Assembly: GCA_973895155.1 (NCBI GenBank)
Contig: OZ316891.1
Location: 6,543,708-6,607,707, forward strand
Source: Marsupella aquatica
Lineage: Eukaryota > Plantae > Marchantiophyta
Length of the DNA stretch: 64,000 nt
Direction of reading: 5' to 3'
Made by a program: the position numbers and the translations under genes. How positions within the stretch are numbered: position 1 is the first letter of the stretch; each line of letters begins with the position of its first letter. Positions 12,801 through 25,300 of this stretch are shown piece by piece. The notes under the pieces were generated by a model. The model made no database searches, was not told where the DNA came from, and saw nothing but the letters and a program-made list of their open reading frames with translations.

Positions 12801-13834
12801 GTCCAAAAGATTCAAAGGGGTTTTGCTTTAGGTCTTTTGTGGAGCCAAGTTATTATGATAATTGTTGTACCTGTCCTATAAGTTCTGGAATATAGTGTCG
12901 TAGGTGGTGTGCAACCGAGGTATGAAATTTGATTTTTCAAGGTCTGGACTTGCTTGCTCAAATGATTTCTACCAACTAAGAGAGTCATGAGTGTAATATT
13001 TAGTCAAAGATAAACCCTCCATTTGGGTCTAGACTATCTCAACCATCTAAGTATGATAAATATAAGTTCTTACATAGATAGGAGATTAGGGTGGTTGCAA
13101 TCTCTACCCTTAATTAATAAGGACAAATGACCATTCATCACTTGCTACCCTTGACAGTCAAACTACCATATTTACTAGTGTTACTTAGGGTAGAGACGAT
13201 TGACTAAACTGATATAGTGATTCATGTATTTTCAATAATTTTAATTTAATATATTGTATATAGATTGTTATATTCTATTCATTGATATGCTTTTTTAGAC
13301 TATATAATAATAATGATACTATATAGTATAATAATATAACTTTCTATTATATGAATATTAATTAATTATAAATTACTATTTAGTTATTTAATAATTTAGG
13401 TACAAGAAGTGTAATTTTAGACCACAAAAAGTGTACATTTGGCCTACCAAATATATACTTTTGGGGCAAATTTTGTGAAATTTTGGGTAGCAAAATAATA
13501 CTTTTGAGCATCAACTTTTGGACTCTAGAAATTCCAGTTTTAATGAATAGAGTGATTTTTGGGTTCAAAAACATATCTATAAATTGTACTAAAATACACC
13601 ATGTTTTTTATCAGGTGCCACAACAACCAAATACCACAGATTGTGGTTTATTTGTCCTGCACAACATGGATGAAATTAGAGTTCGATGGAATAATTCAAA
13701 ATCTGTATCCGCAGAGTCTTTATTTACAAGAGATTGGTACAACCCCACACAAGCATGTCATCTGCGAAAGGTGATCAGAGATAGAGTTATGAAATTAATG
13801 CATGTATCAGCCTAGTTTAATTAGTAAATGAAAC

Positions 13835-16800
13835 TCAATCTTCTGAAGATACAGAACCTCGCTCTAAAATAGCAGCCTCTATGATCTTCTTTATTTTTGC
13901 TGCTATTTGGTTATTTGTCAAAAGTGCAAAATTGTATGCATATATCGCTATTGACGACAAAACTAGTTCATCTTGATGAAGTCTATTAGATACATTATCT
14001 TTTTCTGGAAAATATTTTCCATCAATTGCAGTCTCAGCACTTGCCTCAGTTGTGTACCACGTGATTTTGATTCTTTTCGGAATGTCTTCTCTTTTTGTCA
14101 AAATCTTTTCGACACCTTTGCCATCCAAAATAACTTGCCTTCTGGATCTTTGTGTGCTGCTACGCATATCATTGACCATTTGTTGTTCACTTCCATATCT
14201 TTGAAATCCCCAAGTTCAGGTTGCTTTCGCCGAGGACCTGAGTACATAATCCTCTGTGGTCCTGCAACTTTATCAACTAGAGTTGGGTCAACATCTTCGG
14301 ACGTCAAAATCTGATTTGTTGACACACCACCAAGTCCACGCCTTTCATTTTGTTGTGGCCAAACCCATTCAAATAACCACTCACCCTCCTCTAAGTGGTT
14401 TTTGATAACATCATTTTGCTTCTCAAAGAATGTCATCCACCATAGTTTATCTTCATCGTCAAAGTAATTGAATCCCTCTTGAATTGCTTTTTGATATTTC
14501 ACCAGAATGGATAATGCACCATTTGAGTCCATCAGATCATCATCTCGTTCAACACCTTTTGCTGACTTTAGTGACATCTGTGCTGCAACCCACATTCTTG
14601 AAGTGGGGATGTAGTTGACAAATGCTACCACGTCTCCCCAATCAGAGGTTGTAGATAGATGTTTCCCATGAAACATGGTCACTTCGTTATCATCTACAAT
14701 GCCTCGCTTGAATCTGAATTGCCTTTGAAAAGTTATGAGGTTGAGATCTCTCAAAACTCGACCTGAAACTCCGTTGTCATTTGGTTGGTCGGTCTCATTC
14801 ACAAATTTTCTGAAGTCTGCAACTTCATCCACAAAAATTACATCTGCTTGAGGAGAATATGCCCATTGTATAATATCCACAAGAGTATCTAAGCGAAATG
14901 CTTTATGCTTGTTTAATCTAGATGAGAACTTGCTAAACATCTTATCTATTTGGTCATGCGTATGACCAACCAACAAAAAACCAACTTTTATCTTGTCAAA
15001 AACCTTTAAATCTACCAACATGTGTAGATAAGCCATCAAGAATTTATTCTTGTTCTCCCTAGTGGTATTATCCAATTGAAGATATAATACCCGTGGCAAT
15101 ATCCCATCCCATGTATTCAAAATATTTTGAATAACATGAATGGTGAGATAATTTGCATCATTGTGGATGTTGGGGTAGGTCAGAAAAACTTTTGCCGCAA
15201 GCTTTCTATTAAAGATAAGACAACCCACAACATGGATAGGGATGAAATATTTCTCATCCATGTTCTTTGGACAACGAATAAAATGTGGTAGCTCAGTTTT
15301 CTTTTGATCCATACTGTCAATACAAATACCCAAATACTTGTTGGGTTCATCATAGCATTTCTTTCGATGCTTTGCCAACTTCATCCTCTCGAGTGATTGT
15401 ACTCTTCAATGCTCCATAAGAGCGTTGATATACTTTCCTGCAATAATACAATCATGTGTAATCAATAAATTATCTATTCATCATTGTGTCTAACTTATCA
15501 CTATCTTACTTAGACACAAATGTGAGGTTACAATGAACTTACTTTTATCTTCTTCTGTCGTTGCTTTGTCTCGAAGAGCCTTGAATTCGGTACATGGACC
15601 ACAAGTGGAAAAACAACTCCTTTTGGGAATCCGCACATTTGAAAACTTCTTCTTCCAAACGCGCAAGAAATAAGAATATGTAACATATTGCTCTTCCCGC
15701 AAGATTGTTTCGGCAAGAAAGATTTCATGAATCTCTTGCTTTGTCCAATTGTTTGGCAAGTGATGAATTTCTTTATGAGGAAGACTATCCATGTTTCTTT
15801 GAAAGAAATCTTTCAACCATTCCACCAAGTTGAGAAATGAAGGTGAGTCTTCCTTACAGAATGTATCTCGTTCAATCCTGGTGAACATGTTTGCATGGAT
15901 TGTAGCCAACCTATTATTCCCTATGGAATATAATTTCTTGAAACCTCCTCTACAAATAGTTTGTCCATTCACACTATATCCACGGGAAGTATTATAATTA
16001 CTCATAATACATCCTCGCAAAAGAATGTTTTTTTGTGAGTGTGAGGGACCAAAATAATACTTACGTTGTTTCCAACATTCTTCTAGACCTAAAGACCTCA
16101 AGCAAAACTTGTCACAACAAGAATACTTAAAAATATCTTTAATTTTTTGTTTTTTCAAGTTCGCATTGATAAGCCTATCTTTTCGAATCATCTGGTCTCT
16201 AATTTTTTTGCTTGGTCTTCTCACCTCTATTCTATCTTGTATTGTGTTGGGAGAATTCACTCCTCCACTAGTTTCCATGGGACTCATTGAACTTAAAACA
16301 AAAGTATCTTGATTTTCTCCGGTATTACTTTCACTCTCTACATTTTCTAAGACTGGTTCGTGAGCACTCTCGCGACCAAGGATCTCTTTAACAATATTTG
16401 AGATTTCAACAGTCCCTATGGCATCCTCTACGACATCGGCTGGTACCTCCGATTCTTCTTCAGATTCTTCTGGAAAAGCAATTGGTACCCGAAGATTTCT
16501 TGTCTGAAATCTTCTACCGATATTCCTTGCTTCTATCGGAGTATCCCCCACTTGTCTCTGAAAGTGTGATCCTTGCCTTGGTGTCTCATCTCGACTAGAG
16601 GGATCATCCTGACCATTGAATAGTCTTTGAACAACCTTCAATTTTCCTTCTAGCCTTGAATTTTCGGGGCAAGTTTGTGGCAACGCACTTTGCAACAATC
16701 TGTGAGGCATTTGATGGACACCTGCAGCATTTGTGACACTTGATCTCCTTCCTCCCTTTTGAAATGGTCGTCCTACCAAAGATCCAGCAACCTCACACTG

Positions 16801-17928
16801 CATTCGAGCCAAAGGGCTTCGAAGCCCAAAGTTGATGTTTGATTGACCACTAGGCGAAATCACCGATGGGAACACGGAATGGGATCCATGGATCCCAACT
16901 CGTATTCGTCCACTTGGACTTCGAAGTGACAGCTGCCCCACTTGTGGTTCTATGGTAGCGCTTGACAATTGACCATTGTGTAAAACAAAGTGGGATCCAC
17001 GGATCCCCTGTCTCATTCCTCCACCCAAAGCGACTAACAAAGTTTGTCCGCTTTGCAATTTGGGCTCAACATTTGGTAAAATTCCAGGAGGGGATACCAA
17101 GTGGGATCCGCGGATCCCCTTCCGCATTCCTCTCCCCGAATCAGCAGGCAATGGTTTTTCGCTTCGCATTTCGGGCTCACCATTTGGTAAAATTCTAGGA
17201 GGGGATACCAAGTGGGATCCACGGATCCCATTTTGCATTCCTCCCACCAAATCAGTAGGCGAAGGTTGCCCGATTTGCAATTCTGGCTCGCCATTTGGCA
17301 AAATTCCAGGAGGGAATACCAAATGGGATCCACGGATCCCACTTGGTATTCCACTAATGGCATTTGGTAGCGAAGGAGATGAAATTGGCAATTCACGCTC
17401 TCCATTCCGCAAACTTCGAGTAGGGATCCCTCTGGGTATTCTTCGTGCGGCTGGCACTTCTAGCACCGTCGAACTTCTCATTCGCTCAAACTGCGATTGC
17501 ACACTAGACAAAGCTATCTGGACTCCAGGAGGACGCGACATTGGGAAAACCAGAGGAGATCTCTTGGCGGGCCTACATAGCAACATTGTTCTTGGCATTA
17601 TAAACCGAGGCCGACGCTTGGGTACATCTGGAGGGGTTCACGGTGAACTAGTCTGACCTAAGGGTATGACAGTGGACTTTCTCCCAAGCAAACGTCGTTT
17701 AAGCGGTTTGCTTGGAGAAACATAATAAGGTGTTGGAGCTCCAACAACACTTCTCCCACACTCGGAATCAGGCCCTGAACTCTCTGAATCTGATGAAAAT
17801 GACATCTCTGGCAAAACTCTTTGTGAGACTGGAAGCTCCTTCATCAAACGAGATGGAATGAATTTTCGAACAACATCTGGCGAAGATGCATCAGAACTAT
17901 AAATAGACTCGTCACCTGAAGACGCCAT
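13835..17928 (-). pseudogene. Sola-like DDE transposase with long low-complexity N-terminus; intron 15438-15542
   Basis: CCDKFC, ICRGGFKKLYSIG, YFLRVWKKKF.NVRIPK..FSTCGPC, CIDSMDQ, LYLQLDNTTRENKN, FLLVGHTHDQIDKMFS; phase-1 GT-AG intron; TGA (from CGA) after the intron and frameshifts near 17620 and 14100. Confidence 0.75.
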
Positions 17929-18900
17929 TGAGATAGTATCAAGGTTCTATAGGAGTAAGGATTCCTATGGGGAGTGGACCGTTCCAGTGACTCCAATCTA
18001 GGAAAATAGAGACTCAATATTTGAGAACCTAAAATGAGTCATAAAAAATGAAGACGGAATCACATGCGAGCTTGTTCTTATATAGTTTTTGGGAAGATGT
18101 CCACGTGGCTTCCATTCATTGGTCCGTACAAATTTTTAAATGTGAACAAAATTGATCTTTGAGAGAAAAGAGTATTCCAAAATTGTTTGTTTCTTGAGTT
18201 GGATCGGACAATGGGATCCATGGATCCCGATTGGTATTCAAACATTGATTTAGCAACGCGGGGGTTTGACAAGGGCAAATTTGGAAGGGTGAATACCAAA
18301 TGGGATCCGTGGATCCCATTTCGTATTCACCCCGACTTTTGGCTTAGCTCTTTTTGGACTTGGGAAATAAAATGGGATCCATGGATCCCTGTTGGTATTC
18401 ATATCTCTAATTTGTTAGATGGAGGGTGGCGGTTGGGAAATAAATGGTCTACAGTATGTCCAACCATCTGCTTGGGTTAACTTAACTGACTGCATTTGTC
18501 GACCATGGTTGCTAGTAAAGTTTATACAGTACGTCGTTTTACCTTTGGTAAATATTCAAATCTAGTTTACTCGGTATGGTAACTTAAGGCCCCAAATGAT
18601 CAACTTAGTGTGTTTTTGTTTGATTTTCCACGGATGAATCTGAAACGGGATACGGCGTATCCCATTTTGGTTTGAATGATTTGCTTGTCAAATGGAGATT
18701 TGTGTTATTGAAGCTTTTCCGGGCGAATTGATTAAGCGCGCGGAAATAGGACTTGAAAATCATTGTTTTATGGGTTTTGTGTTTGACAAATATTTTTGGG
18801 ATCAATTGTTCTAAAATCAAAGATTTTAATGATTTTCCATTTTTTGTCAAAAAGTATCTCAATTTGGAATCGGATGTTGGATCCAATTTTGCATTCATCT
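16875..18900. repeat. GGGATCC-N2-GGATCCC palindromes in the 5' coding part (111-bp period) and upstream of the transposase
   Basis: About 16880, 16991, 17102, 17213, 17324, 18213, 18301 and 18373; a GGGATAC-N3 type again at about 18647. Confidence 0.9.
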
Positions 18901-19019
18901 AAGAATTTGTGTTTTTGATATCAATTTAAGATATTTTTTGCCGTTTTTTGCAAAAATCAAAACACACTTCTCGTTTGGTCGTCACACTTCTCGTTTGGTC
19001 GGTCATCGTGTTTAAGGAG

Positions 19020-19330
19020 TATGTTGATACTCTCATCTTACGCACTTGAGAATGAAAGGCAATGCCTGGTCTTATGGCAAGTGCCCCTTCTTTGTAGGGT
19101 CTAGAAATAGTGTCCAATGCAACATACAAGAGCCTTTTCTTGGCAGTGTCATCACTCCTTCCCCACAACAAAATACAAAAATTATTTTTTTAATCACTTA
19201 TATCCAATCTTCTAGATGCTAAGCAACATAACATGGTACACAGGGATAGCACAAAGAACATGCTCCAGAAGGACCAGCCTACCAAGTTGTGTACTTAAGA
19301 CAATATCCAATTGGTCCAATGTCGCAATCA
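19020..19330 (-). mobile_element. Degenerate L1-type LINE ORF2 fragment
   Basis: Minus-strand peptides GRLVLLEHVLCAIPVYHVM and LWGRSD..KKRLLYVALDTISRPYKEGALAI resemble plant L1 post-RT motifs (GRLVLIKSVL.AIP.Y; FLW...VAW..I..PK.EGGLGI). Confidence 0.65.
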
Positions 19331-19499
19331 TTATCCGCCTCTTGCGCTGGTTGGATGCCATTGCCAATGGGACAGCCCAGGTAAGTGATGACCCCCCCTT
19401 TGCTAGAATGCAACACCCAGTTCTCTGTATCCAATCAGGTCACTTTGAATCATATTAGAGGTCAGTGATAAGATTTATGGATGTTAAGAAGAGCACCAG

Positions 19500-19900
19500 A
19501 GATATGTGTATGACGTTACAAGCAGTATGAAATTTCTCTTCTATGGCATTGAGAAACAGACAAGTGTCATCAGCAACTTAGATGACACTACCATAGGAAG
19601 ACAGAAACTGAAATTTTGTATCAAGCATGAAAATTCATGTTCCATCATATTATCGTGTCATGGGGACTATTTAAATGACTGGAAACCATTGTCATATCAT
19701 CATGTTGGGACCACTTAATTTGGGATTATTGAAATGACTAAAAATCATTGACATGTCGTGGTCATTACAGTCAGCTAGAAATTACTTACTAATGATGGTC
19801 GTCATTTCAGTCTGGTTGGAATGACATAGTTAAACGTGTCATAAAGGGTTAAATTTTGGCTATCATTTTTGTGGTCATTTTGGGTGTTCTCCACAATAGG
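19500..19900. repeat. ATGAC/GTCAT-rich tract, likely a decayed CACTA subterminal region
   Basis: Dense GTCAT/ATGAC motifs like those at 42170-42800. Confidence 0.4.
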
Positions 19901-22027
19901 GAGGTGTTTTATGTTATACAAATCAATGAAAGAGAAATGATATATGTTGCTTTGTCACTGCCTTGTTCCCACAAGAGGGGATGTCCCCGTGAGACCTGTG
20001 GATGATAGAAGAATGAAAGAGGTACCTCAAACTGTACATCACTTTATTGCTTTGTGTATTGGGTCTCCCCAACACTTTGCATAAAAAAACAACCAAATCT
20101 TTTAGAGCAAAATAAATTAACCGAGCTCCACACAGAATCCACAAGTGCCACAACCCTTCAATAAGTCCTACTGCATTATTTCTATGACAATGTTGTAAAT
20201 TAGTAGGTTTCCGGTATCTTGCTGACACCTAGCAAAAACATGTGTTTGGCACGTATTTCACCCAATTAATTGTTTTTAAGAGCATTGCACCTCATAGAAA
20301 TTTATTCTAAATTCATGCAGACTGTCAAGTCTAGGATTTAATCTCCTCCCTTTTCCCGGGCCAGCATATTTTTCCAGCCCAACTTTTTTGGAGTGACACT
20401 TTACTGCACTGGGTGCAATTTTTAAAAATTGAATTATATATGTGCAATTTTAGTTACTACTACTGTATGGATTGTAGGTGGGGAGAGTGCAATTGCAAAA
20501 ATAACTCTCCAAATCAGGTTCTTTTGGCTGTTTAGGGGGGCTTTACAAGACAGTGGGGGCCATTCAGTGTCTCTCCATCCAGAGCAAAGCTGATGGCCAT
20601 TTCCTTACACAAAAGTTAAATGCCTGAGTCAAAATGTGTCAGGTTTGGAAGTAATCAATGCAATTCCCTGAAAATAATCGGCCATTTGCTAAGGGGGCCT
20701 TTACAAGAAAGTTTTTGACAAAAGAAAGCTTGCACACATCAACAAAAGTGACCCGCAAGGGGCCCACGACAAATGACTAGGTTTGGTAATGCTTTTGTTT
20801 GATTGGGGACGTTCATGTAAAGTGAAGTGTGGCCAGTTCCCACATATGGACGGCTAGGATTGCATCTCTCACTTAGGAAAAAAAGGAATCGCTGCCCCAA
20901 ATTCTTGTAAAGCCACCATTAGTGGGTGGCAAGGAGAAAGGTGTAGATGGACTTATTACAGATTCAGTTTGTGGGTGGGGCATTAATGAATCCCAAACGA
21001 AAAACAAGCAGTGACTGCATAGAAATTAGACTCTGTGCGATCTGTGTAGTTCATATATCGATCTCAACTTCAAACGATCTTGAGCGGTTTTTTCTGTTGC
21101 CTGTTCCACCATCAGTCCACAGGTGTACCTGTCGCCATTGCTGCGATGGTGGTTTTTTCTTCGGGCTCCTCTCCCTTTTGGTCTCTCCTCTCGCCCCATG
21201 AAGGCCTTCACTTCACAGTCATCTCCCTGAAGCTCTCAGAAACAAGCAGTAGCACATGTTTTTATGTGGGATCTCTACATGAGAAGGTACCCCGTACTCA
21301 ATTTGCAGGAGAAGCTAGTTCCAACGACGAGTCTGAATCTGACCCCACAAATGGATCGACCAGAGGAGCAGGCACAAAATGATGAGACCCATCACCGACC
21401 GAATGTCCATTCGACTTCCTGGGGTAGAGAATTGGAGTTCAAGAAGTGCGAAGTGATACTTTGAAAAGATGAAAAGCTGGAAAGTGTGGATCCCGTGGAG
21501 TAATTTGTGCGCTGTATTGTTAGCTTGAGGGAGACTCCCGTGCCTTCAAATCAAATTTGTGATTCATGGTCCATTGTTTTACTGGCGGTTGCCGCGGTCT
21601 CATGTCCCTGCCCTGTGGATTCTAGACATACACCTTTCTGGCTCTTAATTGGCTTGTATCGTCAATGCGGGTGTTCTTCTTATGCCTGTCGGTCGGCAGA
21701 TTCTTTGAGAAGGAGAGAAGTAAGGTGGGCCGGCTTGTTTCTCTCTTTTGAGGTAGCTGTGGGTTCTTGGAGCCCAGCCTTGTGAAAGAGATTCAGATGG
21801 ATTACTGCATTGAACTTCCATCAATGATGACTGGGTAGACGGCGCAATGGGTCAAGGTGAAAGATGTATTCAATGCAATGTTGTTGGACGTGAAGTGGTC
21901 ACAGTTTCCGTGGAACATACTTGACCGAGGAGCTCGAAATGGAAGATCATTTGCCAGTGTAACGCTTACCCCAACCAAACCAATGGAGAAGCGCAGCTGT
22001 TGAGGTTTATCTGAAGGCTGAGTAGGC

Positions 22028-22380
22028 ATGGGCTCCAAAGTGGACACGTTTCAGAGGCCAACCTGTTTTAGCCAATTCCTGCCGAAAGGAATGTGGGTCC
22101 TCTTCACTCTTCTCAGCTTAGGGTTTCTGTCGACATTGTCTGGGTTGGAGGAGCAGAAGGCCCCATACAGAATGCAAACGTTGTTCTCGGTGGAGTGCAG
22201 TCCCTACTTTGACTGGCAGACGGTCGGACTGATGCATAGTTTCAGGAAAGCAAAGCAGCCTTGGCCCATCACTCGCTTGCTGAGTTGCACTGACCAAAAG
22301 TTGGAGGAGTACAAGAACCTCGACATTGCTCCCACTCATGTGGTTCCGTCTATGACAGTCCACCCTGTCACAGGAGACAT
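22028..22380 (+). pseudogene. Isolated first exon of a peptidyl-serine alpha-galactosyltransferase (SERGT1-like)
   Basis: Hydrophobic segment then APYRMQTLFSVECSPYFDWQTVGLMHSFRKAKQPWPITRLLSCT...HPVTGD, ending at a GTAAG donor; no later exons recognised. Confidence 0.8.
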
Positions 22381-25300
22381 GTAAGCCTACTTTAGGTGGT
22401 AAAAATTTGTTTTAATTTTGAGTTTTAGATTCGACTAATCGATAGGAAAGACGAATACCTGAATGGATGACTGAACAACTGGACGAAGCAGGAAGTGTTA
22501 AAGGGGAAAACAAAAGAAATTTTCTTGTTTATTGAAATTCTACGCAGATATTGCAGATTGATTGAATTTTGAAGCACAGATTGAGAATAATTCAAATGCA
22601 AATGTTTTCTGCTCTTTTTCTTTTTTTGGCTTTTGTTTGTCACATTCAAACAATTTGTACAACTAAAGTTTAGATTGTAAGGTGAACTTGTTTATGAAAA
22701 TGAGAAAGTTGTAATGGAAGTTGACAAAGTAGTTGAAATTTCGAACTTCTGAGTGGAGTTTGCTCGCCAGGAGTTTGGTGATTTCTTGTGCGAAGGTTTT
22801 TAAACTTGCGTTATTTGGCACGTGGTTGTATCGGGAGTAGAGGGGCATTGCAGATGGGATAGATTACTTCTATTTATTTATTTATTTATTTGCATTTTTT
22901 GACAGTTTTAGTATCACGGATGTATTAGTTTTGTGATGGTCACAATTTCAACGTGTCGACCCCTCCCCCTTGTAACTTTTATGTATTGACCACAGTTCTA
23001 ACCATGGTTTGCTAGGCTAGCGGGCTACGTGGCGGTGATAAGCTACAACGTTTTTGAGAAGTTGCAAAAATTGATGTTTAGTAGTGGTTGCTAAGAGCCC
23101 ATCCTAGTGTGCAGATCTTCTTCACTTTTATCTCCAGGATAAAGCTAAAGATAATACACAAAACACAACTAATTATGCAAATAAACAAGGGGGTCCACTG
23201 ATTAATTCTCACTTGGAGAAAAGAAAGAATATCTCTTACGTGTAAACAAGTTCCTTGCATTATGATTGATTTCAAAATTTGGAAATCTACTTAAAGGGAA
23301 ATTAACAAAAGAATCTAGGATAACATAGATGACAAACATTGAGAGGGGGCAAAATAGGCTGAAAATCCAATTAATACAAATGATGCACCTTGTTTAGGCA
23401 CATTGAAAATAAAAATACACAAAAAAAAGTTTGGGTAAGATAAAATATTGATGAAAGGTGAATGGGGTATTTACAAACGACTTGAGACGGTTTGCTACTT
23501 TCCTTGATTTTGCTACTAAGGATCTCCTGTATGATAGTTTCCAAAACCCAACTCCTTTACAATCATCCGTCCGCTACGTGGTCAGGTCCAGTTCAGCTTT
23601 GATTTCAGGCTCGGGTTTTTTCTATTTAGCATGAATGATCTAGCTAGGACTGTGTTCACATCCCGATCCCTTCAAATGCGATCGTGCGATAATTGTAAGA
23701 ACAAAATGATCGGGATTTGCAACTAACAGTACCGACGGTCACGATAGAGCTCTCTTCGATCTTCTCCTATCTACCAGATGGTTATAATAACAGAGGTGAA
23801 GTCCTGCCTAGATCTGGTCCTAAAAGCGTCCGAGTTTGCTAACCAGCTCCAAGATGGTTGGTACAAAGGTTCCGCTGAGGTGGAGTCATTCAAAGCCCAA
23901 GTCTCGATACTTCGTCAGAAGCATGATCAGTGGAGCGCTCAGCTACGGAGGCATGGGGTTTCGGAGGACGAACGGCTTTTGCGGGCAGTGCAGGCAGCCG
24001 TTCAGGTTCTGGACAAGCAAGAGCAATACGTGAGAAGACTCCAGAAAAATCATCTCTTGAGATTGAGGAGAAAGGCATTCCCCGGCCAGCTTACCTATGT
24101 CTTGAAAAATGTCTCGGACATCGTGGACGCTGGGCCTCAGCTGCTGGCCGCAAGGGTTGATACGTTTGATGTGTTGGAGAGAATCGTAGCCCTGACTCCG
24201 GCTCCATTGCCTTTCATTCCGGATCCCAATTACGTCCCGATTTCAGAGTCTGTTCTAGAGATACGAAAAGCGTTGGAGGATAAAGAGGGCCCTCGCGTAG
24301 TGACTGTGTTTGGAGGGCCCGGACTGGGCAAGAGTAGTGTGGTGAAATATTTAGCACTCCAGTACGAAGAGGAGAGAAAGCAAGGCTTAAAACAACCCCC
24401 GAGCATCCCACTCAGTTTTCCATATGGTGTCTACTATTTGTTTTGTGGAAAGGACGCCCAAGAGAGTATGAAGCAGTTGGAGCTAGAGCTGGTCGAGTGT
24501 CTGGGCTTTGGACCGGGTTCAAGTTCAGCTCCACTGAATGACCAGACGGGTAACGGAATGCAGGAAGGCGGCTATCTTCAACTACCTTTACATCGAATGA
24601 AGCTTAGATCACGCTTAGCTGAGCAAACCTTGCTCATTGTACTGGATGATGTATGGGAGCGGCAGGTTTTGCAACAGCTCTTGCAATTGGTTCCTGCGAA
24701 GGGAGTACGATTTCTCGTAACATCCCAGATGAAAGAAATTTGGGATTCTGCTGCAAAAGTCCAGATGAGATATCCGAATCTTGCAGAAGCCACGCAAATC
24801 ATGTCGAATTACACAAACGGACTTACGATGAAGGGAAAATTTCCTGACAACATTCAGGTACAACTTCAAATCTTGCTACTGCAGTTTTCTGTCTGAGGTT
24901 CAGGGAACTGTCTGTGGATGTCTTGCTTTCACTTGAATTAATGTTAGCAGCCCTTGCGTCGTTGATTGCTACCAACCGTTCAAAGTGTACAAGCAAAGAG
25001 ATCTTAAACCGTAATAGTAACTGTTATCCATAAAGGATTTACTGATTTCGAGCGTTTTCCATTGCCTGTAGAGTGTGATTAATGCCATCATCAGGAAAGT
25101 AGGCTACCTTCCACTATCTTTGGCTCATGTTGGCATCAGCGTAAACAGTAGCAGAGCAACTGATGCAAGTCATTGGGAAGCGATCAATGATAATTTACAT
25201 CAAGTTCTTCTGCACGAGGACGACTTCCAGGTCAGTCCGGGTATGTATGAGAAATATTACGATCGCACAGTCGCGACCTCAATGATGCTCATGGTGGAGT

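Larger units (their letters stand above)
6322..13200. mobile_element. Non-coding, tandem-repeat-rich insertion in the Ulp1 intron (possibly a non-autonomous Helitron); ends uncertain
   Basis: The intron's TGTACATTTGG motifs occur on both sides (6120-6280, ~13430); starts A|TCTAGTCTAATAATTAA; a CTAG|T at 13175-13179 with only a weak hairpin. Confidence 0.35.
5323..13815 (+). pseudogene. Ulp1-like (peptidase C48) SUMO protease; exons ~5323-5859, 5972-6044, 13615-13815
   Basis: QYLGDEIMEFY, MPIHMSGHWSLVVI (His), YHLDSL (Asp), VPQQPNTTDCGLFVL (Gln/Cys); canonical splice sites join them in phase; 1-nt frameshift near 5821. Confidence 0.85.
1..19010. mobile_element. Large cargo-carrying DNA transposon (Sola-like transposase, N4/N6 DNA MTase, Ulp1, F-box-like); boundaries uncertain
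   Basis: Convergent gene set linked by one palindrome family from 1.9 to 18.9 kb; sequence switches to a LINE fragment after about 19010; no left TIR/TSD seen. Confidence 0.6.

Noticed and set aside
7244-12895. Many short ORFs (SSRANNCVSF, EALDHLEPLV; superficially LRR-like)
   Set aside because: Translations of tandem DNA repeats whose units do not keep frame.
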